Origin: Anthoceros angustus
Taxonomy: Eukaryota; Plantae; Anthocerotophyta
Assembly: GCA_010909165.1 (NCBI GenBank)
Contig: VJWM01000019.1
Span: forward strand, 868,001-932,000
Length of the DNA stretch: 64,000 bases
Direction of reading: 5' to 3'
Both the position numbers and the translations under genes were made by a program. Every line of letters begins with the position of its first letter. Position 1 is the first letter of the stretch. Below, piece after piece: positions 22,545 through 34,110 of this stretch. A model generated the notes under the pieces. That model was not told the origin of the DNA, searched no databases, and worked only from the letters and a program-made list of their open reading frames with translations.

Positions 22545-24860
22545 TCATTGAAGTTGCGGATTAGGAAGCACCTGGTCCAGCTTTATTTGGCCCCGGGGAG
22601 GCTTCTCATCTCCCACCAAGAAATTGTGAGCCACTCCATCCTTGTCTGTCCACCAGCTCTGACCAGGCTGCTTCCATGCCCTGATGCTTTTTCTCCTTGC
22701 ATGCATTCTCTGGGCCTCCTCCCACATCTGGGCACCGGTGCATATGGTTGACATCAACACATGCGATTCGGCATCTTTCTTGTCTAGCTTCACTGCTTGA
22801 TCGAAAGCGAGGCGTCCCACCTCCAAGTTGCTCCACTTTCGACAAGCACCCAATAATGAGTGCCAGACTGCAGCATCAGGCAGCACAGGCATTGCTGTTG
22901 CTAGAGCTAGTGCCTCGTCCAGTTGCCCTGCCCGACCCAGGAGATCCACCATGCATGTGAGGTGGAGTGCCCTGGGAGTGATACCATGGAGTCTGCTCAT
23001 GGCCCGGAAGTACTCTCTCCCCTTGTCAACTAGACCCGCATGACAGCGTACTCGTAGGACACTAAAGAACGTGAGGCTGACTGGCTGTATGCCATCTTCC
23101 TTCATTCTGTGAACCAAATCGAAGACCATATCACAGTTTCCTTGACAGGTGTAGCCTGCAATCAGTGAATTCCACACGACAGCGTCTCTTCCCTGCAATG
23201 AGTTGAACACCTGCTGTGCCTCAACTACACTACCAGACTTTCCGTGCATGTTTATCAAACTCCCAGCTAGAAACACATCAGGTTGAAGCCCTCGCTCTTC
23301 TATCTCTGCATGTAGCTGCCTTCCAGCATGCAAGGCTGCCACATTCGCACATGCCTGCAGGAGGCAGGCAAATGTCATGGCGTTGGGTACAGCCATGCCT
23401 TCTTTCTTCCTGCATATCACTGTAGAGACGAAGGGCTTCCTGCCCCATGCCCTGCTTGGAATATCCTGCAATTAGAGCAGTCCATGTCACAACATCTTTG
23501 TCACAAAGGCTTTGGAACACTCTCTCAGTATCGTCCAAGCTGCCACACTGTGCATACATGTTGACCAAACTGTTAGCTACAAATATGTCAGCTTGATGTC
23601 CTCGTTCTCTAATTTGCACATGAAGCTCCTTCCCCTTCTCCAACGCCGTTGTGCCCACACTTGCATAAGCTTGTAGAAGGCACATGAATGTCACGGAATC
23701 CGGTATTGCAATGGCCTCCTCGTGCATAGCACTGTAAAAGATGGGCTTCCTGACCCATGTCCTGGTGAGAATGGCCTCCTATCATGGCATTCCACGTCAC
23801 TACATCTTTATGAGCTAGTCTGTCAAACACTAGCTGTGCATCTATAAGCTGCCACACTTTGCATACATGTTCACCAGCTGTTGGCTACAACAACATCAAC
23901 TTGATATCCTCGTTCTTTAATTTGCGCACGAAGCTGCTTCCCCATCTCCAAAGCTGGGGCACCTATCCCAGCACATGCCTGTAGGAGGCATACAAATGTC
24001 ACAATGCCCTCGTCTTGCCTAGCAGTGTACAGACAGATGGCTACCTGCCCAGTGCAATGCTGGGAATATCCTGCAATTAGAGCAGTCCAGGTCACCACGT
24101 CCTTTCGCAAACCATCAAACACTCTTTGAGAATCGTCCAACCTGCCACACTTTGCTGCCACACCAAACTGCCAGCCACAGACACATCAGCTAGTCGTCCC
24201 CCTCTCTAATCTGCGCATGAAGGTGCCGTCCCTCCTCAAAGCTTGGTTGCCACACTCGCACACGCTTGGAGGAGGCACACGAAATCACAGCGTTGGGTAT
24301 AGCTACACCTTCTTCGTGCATAGCAGTGTACAGACTAAGGGCTTCCGGCCCATGCCCTGCTGGGAGTACCCTGCCAGGATAGCGTTCCAGGTGATCACAC
24401 CTTTTGGCCGAGTCCGTTGAACACTCTCCGTGCGTCTTCCAAGCTGCCACACTTTGCGTGCATGTTCACCACACTGCTGGCTACAACCACATCGGTTTCA
24501 TAGTCTCGCTCTGTAATTTGCGAGTGAAGCTGCTTTCCCTTCTCCAAAGCTCGGTGTCCACACTTGAAAGTGCCTGCAGGAGGGACACAAATGTCACAGA
24601 ATCAGGTGAGGCAATGCCTTCATTTTCCATTGTACTGTAAATACAACGCTTCATGGCCCATGCCCTGCTGAGAATACCCTGCTATCATGGCATTCCATGT
24701 CACCACTTCTTCGAACAAGTCCGTCAAAGACTGCCTGAGCGTCTTCCAAGCTGCCACATTGTGCATACATTTTGACCAAACTATTAGCTATAAACACATC
24801 AGCTTGACGTCCTCGTTCTCTGATTTGTGAATGAAGCTGCTTTCCCTTCTCCAATGCGCC
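22545..24860 (-). pseudogene. PLS-class PPR (E/E+) pseudogene, 5'-truncated close paralogue of 46526-50578
   Basis: Near-identical to the 3' half of the intact gene (46526-48878) including the 3' flank, with several frameshifts and small deletions. Homology stops abruptly at ~24860. Confidence 0.92.
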
Positions 24861-27800
24861 GGAAGTTCTCTTGTTGACGAAGTAGTACAAGTCAGCTTGG
24901 GTGGATACTCAGTATCTTGCTGCTTCGGAAATGGAGATGGTCTGCGTGCATCCGACTTGAGATTGCCGATGATCTTGTCCCTCGCAGGCCTGCCGGTTAC
25001 GATAGGAGTAACGTCCGAGACCGTGAGCCAGCTATGTCATGAGGGGCGTTGCGCCGAAGCCGTGGAGGCTCTGGGAGTTCTGGTGCAGACGGCTGTTGTA
25101 TTTCCAAGTCCCTCGTTTATGCTGTTTTGAAGATTGTCAGGAAGGATCGCGTGGTGGGTCGCCGAGTACATGCTTTTTCGGTGAAAGCGGGTACCAGTCA
25201 GACACGTTCCTGGGCAACCAATTCCTCCGAATGTATGCTTCCATGGCAGGTTGCAAGACGCGATGGATGTATTTGCAGAAGTTGCGAAACCGGATGCCTT
25301 CACCTGGTCAGCAATTATTTCTGCGCATGCTGATCATGCACAGGAGCATCAGGCCATAGAACTGTACAATCGGATGTGCAGGTCAGGTGTGCAGCAAGAT
25401 AGCCATGTGTTTGTGGCAGTTCTCAAGGCTTGCTCAAAAGTATCAGACCTGAAAACGGGGCAGCAGGTGCATGCTGATGTATTGGCCACAGGCGTTGAGC
25501 CTGATTTGTTTGTCTGCACTGGCTTGATGAACATGTACGCGAAGTGTGGCAGCTTGGAAGATGCTCAGAGACTGTTTGATGGACTTTGTCGAAAGGATGT
25601 GGTGGCGTGGAATACCATGATCGCAGGTTACTCTCAGCAGGGCATGGGGCGGAAGCCCTTCGCCTGTACAGTGCTATGCAAGAAGAAGGAATCGCGGTAC
25701 CCAATTCCGTGACATTGGTATCCCTCCTGCAGGCCTGTGCATGTGGGCAACCAGCTCTGGAGATGGGAAGCTGCTTCATGCACAAATAAGACAGCAAGGA
25801 CATGAAGCGAATGTGTTTGTGGCCAGCAGTTTGGTAAGCATGTATGCAAGATGTGGCAGCTTGGAAGATGCTCAGAGAGTGTTCAACGGACTCGGTGAAA
25901 AGGATGATGTGACATGGACTGCGCTTATTGCAGGGTACTCCCAGCAGGGCTTGGGCCAGGAGGCCTCAGACTCTACACTGCTATGCGAGAAGAAGGCATT
26001 GCTGTACCCAGTTCGAAGACGTTTGTGTGCCTCCTGCAGGCATGTGCAGTGTGGGTACTCCAGCGTTGGAGAAGGGATGCATCTTCATGCAGAAATTAGA
26101 GAAAGAGGACAGCAAGCTGATGTCTTTGTGGCGAGCAGTTTGGTAAACATGTATGCTAAGTGTGGCAGCTTGGAAGATGCTCAGAGTGTGTTTGACGGAC
26201 TTGTTGAAAAGGATGATGTGACGTGGACTGCTCTAATTGCAGGGTATGCCCAGCAGGGCCAGGGGCAGGTAGCGCTTTGTCTCTACAGTGTTATGGAAGA
26301 AGAAGGCATCGCTGTACCCAACTCTGTGACATTTGTGTGCCTCTTGCAGGCATGCGCAAGTGTGGGCATCCCAGCTTTGGAGAAGGGGAGGCAGCTCCAT
26401 TCACAGATTAGGGAAAGAGGATATCAAACAGATGTGTTTGTGGCCAGCAGTTTGGTGAGCATGTACGCGAAGTGTGGGAACCTGGAAGATGCTCAAAGAG
26501 TGTTTGACGGACTTATCGAAAAAGATGTGGTCACATGGACTGCTATGATAGCAGGGTATTCCCAGCAGGGCATGGGCAAGGAAGCCCTTCGTCTCTACAA
26601 TGCAATGCAGGAAAACAGCATCGCTGTACCTAATTCCGTGACATATATGTGCCTCCTGCAAGCGTGCCAATCTGGCAGCTTGCATCTGGGAAGGCAGCTA
26701 CATGCACAGATTGACGAACACAGGCTTCAAGCTGACAGGGGAGTTGCTGGCAGTTTGATAAATATGTATGGAAAGTGTGGGAGCATGGTGGATGCAGAGC
26801 AGGTGTTTGATGGATTGCAGGAAAGGGATGTTGTTGCCTGGAATGCTCTGATTGCAGGCTACGCCTGTCAAGGAGACAGTGAAGTGGTCTTTGACTTGGT
26901 CCAGAGAATGAAAGAGAATGGCATACAGCCAGTGAGCGTCACATTCCTTAGCATACTCTCAGCAGGGCATGGGGCAGGAAGCCCTTCGCCTGTACAGTGC
27001 TATGCAAGAAGAAGGAATCAGTACCCAATTCCGTGACATTGGTATCCCTCCTGCAGGCCTGTGTGCATGTGGGCAACCCAGCTCTGGAGATGGGAAGCTG
27101 CTTCATGCACAAATAAGACAGCAAGGACATGAAGCGAATGTGTTTGTGGCCAGCAGTTTGGTAAGCATGTATGCAAGATGTGGCAGCTTGGAAGATGCTC
27201 AGAGAGTGTTCAACGGACTTGTTGAAAAGGATGATGTGACATGGACTGCGCTTATTGCAGGGTACTCCCAGCAGGGCTTGGGCCAGGAGGCCCTCAGACT
27301 CTACAGTGCTATGCAAGAAGAAGGCATTGCTGTACCCAGTTCGAAGACGTTTGTGTGCCTCCTGCAGGCATGTGCAAGTGTGGGTACTCCAGCCTTGGAG
27401 AAGGGATGCATCTTCATGCAGAAATTAGAGAACGAGGACATCAAGCTGATGTCTTTGTGGCGAGCAGTTTGGTAAACATGTATGCTAAGTGTGGCAGCTT
27501 GGAAGATGCTCAGAGTGTGTTTGACGGACTTGTTGAAAAGGATGATGTGACGTGGACTGCTCTAATTGCAGGGTATGCCCAGCAGGGCCAGGGGCAGGTA
27601 GCGCTTCTCTACAGTGTTATGGAAGAAGAAGGCATCGCTGTACCCAACTCTGTGACATTTGTGTGCCTCTTGCAGGCATGCGCAAGTGTGGGCATCCCAG
27701 CTTGGAAGGGAGGCAGCTCCATTCACAGATTAGGGAAAGAGGATATCAAACAGATGTGTTTGTGGCCAGCAGTTCGGTGAGCATGTACGCGAAGTGTGGG

Positions 27801-28989
27801 AACCTGGAAGATGCTCAAAGAGTGTTTGATGGACTTATCGAAAAAGATGTGGTCACATGGACTGCTATGATAGCAGGGTATTCCCAGCAGGGCATGGGCA
27901 AGGAAGCCCTTCGTCTCTACAATGCAATGCAGGAAAACAGCATCGCTGTACCTAATTCCGTGACATATATGTGCCTCCTGCAAGTATGTGCCAATCTGGC
28001 AGCTTTGCATCTGGGAAGGCAGCTACATGCACAGATTGACGAACACAGGCTTCAAGCTGACAGGGAGTTGCTGGCAGTTTGATAAATATGTATGGAAAGT
28101 GTGGGAGCATGGTGGATGCAGAGCAGGTGTTTGATGGATTGCAAGAAGGGATGTTGTTGCCTGGAATGCTCTGATTGCAGGCTACGCCTGTCAAGGAGAC
28201 AGTGAAGTGGTCTTTGACTTGGTCCAGAGAATGAAAGAGAATGGCATACAGCCAGTGAGCGTCACATTCCTTAGCATACTCTCGGTATGCAGTCAAGCGG
28301 GTCTAGTGAAAAAGGGACAAGAGTACTTTGAGGCTATGAGCAAACAGCACAGCATCAATCCTACATCTCGCCACCTCACCTGCATGGTGGATCTCCTGGG
28401 TCGTGCTGGACAGTTGGATGAGGCAATAGCTTTAGTGGACAATACTGTACTGCCTGATGCTGTAGTTTGGCATACTCTGTTGGGTGCTTGTCAAAAGTGG
28501 AGCAACGTGGAGGTGGGACTCCATGCTTTCCACGAAGCCTTGAAGTTAGATGGGAGAGATGCTGAAGCATATGTGTTGATGTCAAACATATACACTGGTG
28601 CCCAGATGTGGGAGGCACAGAAGATGCAGGGAGAAGACTGCAAGTCAGGGCATGGAAGCAGCCAGGTCAGAGCTGGTGGGCAGACAAGGACGGACAGGTG
28701 CACAGTTTTTGTTGGGGACGACAAGCATGATCACAGGCAGGCAAGGCTGCAGCAGGTTTTCTCCAAATTAATGAAACAGGGATGTATGCCAGACTCTGAC
28801 TCGTCACCGCCCATCATACCTGGTGACGGAAAGGAGGGGTTGAGTATCACCTACGTCCTAAACAACATGTCGGCGGGGATCCCCGGAGGCATTGTGAAAG
28901 ATCTGCGGGTTGTCGTTGATTTTCACACCGCCACGAAGTATACGTCCGTGGTCGAGAATTTGCAGGGATGCATTTCGGCAATCACTTAG
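24861..28989 (+). pseudogene. PLS-class PPR gene with E1/E2 and a degenerate DYW domain; lacks its 5' end and carries a 1.3-kb internal duplication
   Basis: Repeated P (VTWTALIAGYSQQG), L and S (SLVNMYAKCGSLEDA) motifs, CMVDLLGRAG, E domain, and tail IVKDLRVVVDFHTATKY. Segment 25629-26953 is repeated at 26954-28276. Confidence 0.9.
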
Positions 28990-29079
28990 ATACACGGGTC
29001 CAATTTCAGAGCAGGCAAGTATGCTTCCGGTCCGGATGGGATTGGGGAGTCCAGGTTGCTAATACCATCACCATTTGGT

Positions 29080-29500
29080 TTGGGAGGCTCACATGGGGGG
29101 GCGCCTGTGTCATTGTAGAGCACCACATTGCCGTCGAGTTGGAGCTAGGCGTTGTAATCGTACAGGTAGGACTGGGATGAATTGGATGCCCACAGCACGT
29201 CACTGTGGTCTCCGTTGATGACCAGGTTTCCGTCGCGCTCCAGCACCAGGTGGCATATGTACTGGCCGGAGTTGTTGATTCCGGTAGCCCAGTACGCTTG
29301 GTCCTTGTGGTACAGCACAAGGTTGAAGTCAGTTGGAATTGCAGCAAGACCGAGTGGTCCTCGCCGTTCTGGATGGTCAAGGTGAATGCCATTCGTCCGA
29401 GGCGTACAACCGGGAGTCAGGTGGCGGGTGGATGTCAGCCATCCCGGTGCGAGCAGGGCTGCGCAAAGGACGCGGCGAGGAGAAGAGTGGCGCCCATCGC
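29080..29500 (-). pseudogene. GNA-related (bulb-type) mannose-binding lectin with frameshift and internal stop
   Basis: Minus frame reads QTDFNLVLY..AYWATG..LVLERDGNLVI..LWASN..*LQLDGNVVLY, giving three QxDxNxVxY-like sites. Hydrophobic leader MGATLLLAASFA upstream. Confidence 0.85.
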
Positions 29501-30219
29501 CCAGGCTGCAATTGCGACGTAGTGAATGCTGCCCTTGTTTGGAAGATCATGCTCAGGCCCGGTTTCAGAGCTGGAATTGCAGTTGTTGCTGCTGCTTCTC
29601 CTGCTGCCTCTCCTGCTGCCGCTGCGTTTACAGCGCAGTTCTATCAATCTCCGAAGGCCATTAAGGCCTGCCACTCACCGTACCGCACGGCCGTGGCAGG
29701 CCATGGCCTTCCCGAGATCATGCTATGCACATATGCTACCATGGTTTCAAGCTCGTTCCGTCGGACCGTAGCGGTGTAGAATGAGATCACGGTGACCACC
29801 ATCTAGGTAGGAAATCCGGGTTAGGAAAATCTTTACCTTCTGCATACACATTTTCAAAAGACCTTGTTTCAGCCGGTTCCCGCCGCAAGTTGCTTTGCAA
29901 AGCCAGCTCGATCTTCACAATGCGACCGGCCCCTGCAATAAGAGAGAATGTTCCAGCTCGTGTTGTAGCGTTCAATTTGTAAGCTGTTGTGATGCATGCC
30001 ATCTTAACGTATAAATGTGAGCTCAATTTAGCTGCGTTGTGATCATGCCATCTTAACACGATATAGATGTGAGCTGCCAAGCTTGCACTTAGAGAATTAA
30101 ACAGTACTTGTAAATCCTCGGGAGGAAGCTTAGCGGTGTTTAGGGAAGCTTGTACTTAGAAGCCAGCGTGCACTTAGCGGCAACATTAGGGAGAAGCTTA
30201 GACTTAGGATTAGTCCGAA

Positions 30220-31963
30220 ATGGATCTAAATCATGTACTAGTGTAGATGAACTACCTCGATGTGCTATTTGTTGTTCTGAGGTCGAGGACTTTCAAATGG
30301 CGACCTCCATTGGGTTCTATCTATCAAGTGAGAAGCACTCACGGTGGACACATAGTCACGAGAAGGCCGGTCAATTGCTCATATTCCGTTTATGAGTAGA
30401 AGACTTTGTGGCGGGAATGGCATATGATCACGAGCATGCTACCAACTTCTACAAGAAGGACTCTAAAGACCTTGATTTACCTCGTCCCAATACTCCTCAT
30501 CCACCTGCCACACAGGCCTAGTCTTCTTATTGCTGAATGTGGCAGTGTCTTTTTTTGTGCGTAAAATTCTTTTGCATCAAGATCTTGACGCCAGCACCCA
30601 TGTTTCACACTTTCCCTTTGAGAACTGCAGTGGCAAGCTTACTATATGGCCAAAAGTGGCGGAGATTGGGCTTTTCGAAGACAAACATCTCGACATGGCA
30701 GGTATCCTTTGTCATGGAGTTTCTTACCAGGCTCGAGATGTCCGGGCTGCTTGGCTGTCAGATGAGAAAAAAGATTGGGTTAGACACTGCCTTTACTGTA
30801 ACATTTCCATAGATGAGATCATGCGTCGGCATACAGAGGCTTTGTATCCCAAAGTTACAAACCAAGCAGTGCCTTATCAAAAGATTAGGGATGACTTCTT
30901 GCAACGGTACGATGTAATCAATATTGCCAGAAATGTGGTCATAGGTGATTGGAAACTTCACCCTGATGATTCAACTTCAGTTTCTGTTTGGATTAGGCAG
31001 AATGCTTCCATGGTTTTCTATCAATCCATCGAGGAGCAACTCTTTGCCTTAGGTATCCAAACCTTTTTCATGCTGGAATCTATGATCAAGTATGGGAATT
31101 ATAGTGTTTTGTCTTTGGATGCAACCTTCGGCATGAACAAGTACAAATACCACTTGTTCACCGTCATGGCCTTCGATCAGCACTTAAATGGTATGCCTGT
31201 AGCATGGGCTATCACATAGAAGGCAACAATTGAAACATTGGTGGCATGGTTGTCAGCACTACGCATCCGGGTTGAGCAGCATGATTCTACTTGGACACCG
31301 AGCAGCTTCCTTGTGGACGACTGCCAGGGAGAAATCTCTGCTATTCAACAAGTCTGGACTCGTAACATACCCATCTTGCTGTGTTTGTGCCACGTGCGAA
31401 AGGCATGGAGGAAAAATGTATTGAAGAAGGTAAGGTCGCAGCCCGACTAGATCTCGATTTGGGCTGAACTTGGTGAGATCATGTATGTCAATGGGTTTTC
31501 CAGTGCAGATATTTACGTGGCTACAGCAGAAGCTATGTTGGACTTGTTCTATGCACGTTGGGCAGAAAGGAAAATTGCGTTTGTTAAATACTTAAGGGAA
31601 CAATGGGGCGGGACCATAAGTATGTGCCATGGGACCTTTAAGTTCATGCACTTAGTTCCTGCTCTCCTATTTGTCTCTAACTGAACTGCTTGTTATTTTG
31701 AAATAGTAATGTGGCTTTGTCGTGCGAGGATGCTGCCACATGCTGGGCAGATTACCACTTCCGCTGTTGAAGCCTTCCACAGATATATGACAGAGAGAGC
31801 ATGTGTTTCCAAGTCCAGTTTAGCAGGTCGTCGAATGGATTGGTTGGTCCACCAGCTTGTGAACGTTGTTGCACGATATTTTTGGTATCAACATTTCACA
31901 AATAAAATGCTTATACTCGGAACAAGAAGCAAGAGATGTTGGAGGAGAGCGGCACTTGCGGCC
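30220..31963 (+). pseudogene. MULE (Mutator-like) transposase relic
   Basis: SLDATFGMNKYKYHLFTVMAFDQHLNGMPVAWAI, FLVDD, LCLCHVRKAW, TTSAVEAFH. In-frame stops at ~31219 and ~31450. Confidence 0.9.
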
Positions 31964-32707
31964 TGAAGGTACATTTCAAGCAACGTGTTTGGAGCGTCAA
32001 GTATCACTTCACTCGGGACCGTGCCTTGGGGCCATGTCTTCAACTCAACAACCCTAAGCTTCGCGAACTTCTCTCTAGACCCCTTATTTTGTGGTTTAAA
32101 ACTCTTCCTATGAAGAAAGAGGAAAAAGGTCGGCTTGGGGCCCTCAGGCTGCCGATGGATGGTGACTTTATAAAGCATATACGGTCTTCGATCTTTGTCG
32201 ACTTCGCTCTACCTTTGATTTGTGTTGAACAAGCTAACCACTTTCGCCATTCGCTTGTAAAACCCTAGAGTAATGGTATTGATGAAATAAGATAGAAAGG
32301 TGAAAAGTTAAAAGAGGTAAAAGTTTAAGTTAGTAGCTGCCTGTTAAGGAGATGCATGTGTTGCATGCTTCATGCAATTTCCTGTTAGAGAGGAATTGCT
32401 ACAACCACAAATGAAGAGCTGCTAAGAGAGGACTCTTAGTGGTCAGTGGAGAGGACTCTTAGTGATCAATGGTCTGTAAGTATCCCTAGATTTAACAGCT
32501 GCCTAGTTGAGGTTGGGTTGTGGGATTGTGGACTGCGAACTCCCCCCCTTAGGAAGGTAATAAATTGTTTTTTTTGTTTTTTCCTTAGTGTGGAGTGAGA
32601 AATAAGGCGGAAAAGGGGAAATAAGGTCGGGAACAGGTGAAAGGGAAATGGACGGCTGAGAGGCATAAGGACAGGCAGCAGGAAACCCCGGCGTGAGCCG
32701 CTCCGAC

Positions 32708-32838
32708 CGAACTCCGGAGAAGGCCGGGGTGAGTCCAGACTGGATTCCGGAGTAGGCGGAAATAAGTCCAGACTGAACTCCGGAGTAGGCCGGGGTGAGT
32801 CCGGACTGAACTCCGGAGTAGGCCGCGATAAGTCCGCC
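32708..32838 (+). repeat. 33-bp tandem repeat (AGTCCAGACTGAACTCCGGAGTAGGCCGGGGTG) near the 5' end of element copy 2
   Basis: About 4 copies visible. Confidence 0.85.
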
Positions 32839-34110
32839 GGGAAAAGTAACTTCGAAAGGTCTCAGTGCTTGCATGCAGATTCTCCTCTCAAAATCCACGT
32901 GGCCCTTGCCAATTCGCTCCACTTGTCACCGGGCCGTTATGGGCAAGTAACCACGACCCAAATACATGCACCCAGGCGTGACATAAGGCTAGAGTCGCGG
33001 CGTAAGACTGGCGATTCTGACAGCGAAAAGTCCTCTTGTGCTTCGATTACTTCGGCGTTACGCGAGAAGGCCATTCTCTCGATCGACTTCTCGACAGTTT
33101 TCGCAGTCACTTGCGCTCAGGCATCCTGCCCTCTGGCGCTATCTCTTCCGACGCTCAAGCGCAACTACGAGCGGCCATCTCCCCCGAACTCAGCGCTCAT
33201 CGCGGCGGAACGTAGCGGGAGCATTGTTGCCCACCACCTCACAGCTACACACCAGCCATCGCGCGAGTATGGGACCCAAGAAGGCAGTGGAGGTCTAGGA
33301 GCCCTGGCGCCTAGTAGAGAAGAACATTGTCATCAGGCGCTATCCGGTTGGACCACGGGCCGGTGAGGCGGTGCGGTGGCGCACTGGACATCTTCCGGGC
33401 GGTGTGGACCTTTGGCGTGGCGCTGGTGCATCTTGGGAAGATGGCGGTGCCAACAAAACCGTTAAAGCTTGAGAGCTTGAGAAGAGGGAGGAGATGGATC
33501 GTAGAGGTCCTGCGGGCATTCTACAATAGACCGGTGAAGGAGATTGGGGGCGTGGTTCGGAGCCCTTAAGGTGAAGGTGGAGCGGCAAAGGCGCTTTTGA
33601 GGCCGGGGACGCAGCGGTCCTCAAACGGGTGGCTCATGTCGGACCTGTTGGACCGACATGTGAGAGCGGTAGCGAAAGTCATCGTTCACTGGAACATGCT
33701 CACCAAGGTGGACCACCTTGGTGACAATTTGCCTGTGTTCCTCCATGCCTTGCAGAGAGGAAAGAGGAAGGCGGGGAGGATCATCTTCATGCGGATTAAC
33801 CCGAGGAGGCGTGAAGTTGAGGCAGCAGCCACCACCTCCCCATTCATCGTCCACGATGGGAGCCTAATCTCTGAAGGAGGGACGGGAAGGCGGCGGAAGG
33901 GTTGGTGACCACTGAGGCGAGAGGCAAGGGCAGGCAGGAGGGCGTCCACCCAAGCCCGGTAGGACCCGGGGAAGACGAAGATTGGGAGGGCATTCCGGAC
34001 TCCATACGGCTGGAGCGAACCCCCTCGCTGCCCAGGGAAGTATGGGAAGAAATTTCCGCTTCCCTCCTTTTGGTCCCTCCACCAGAACACCCCTCACCAG
34101 AGGCAACCAT

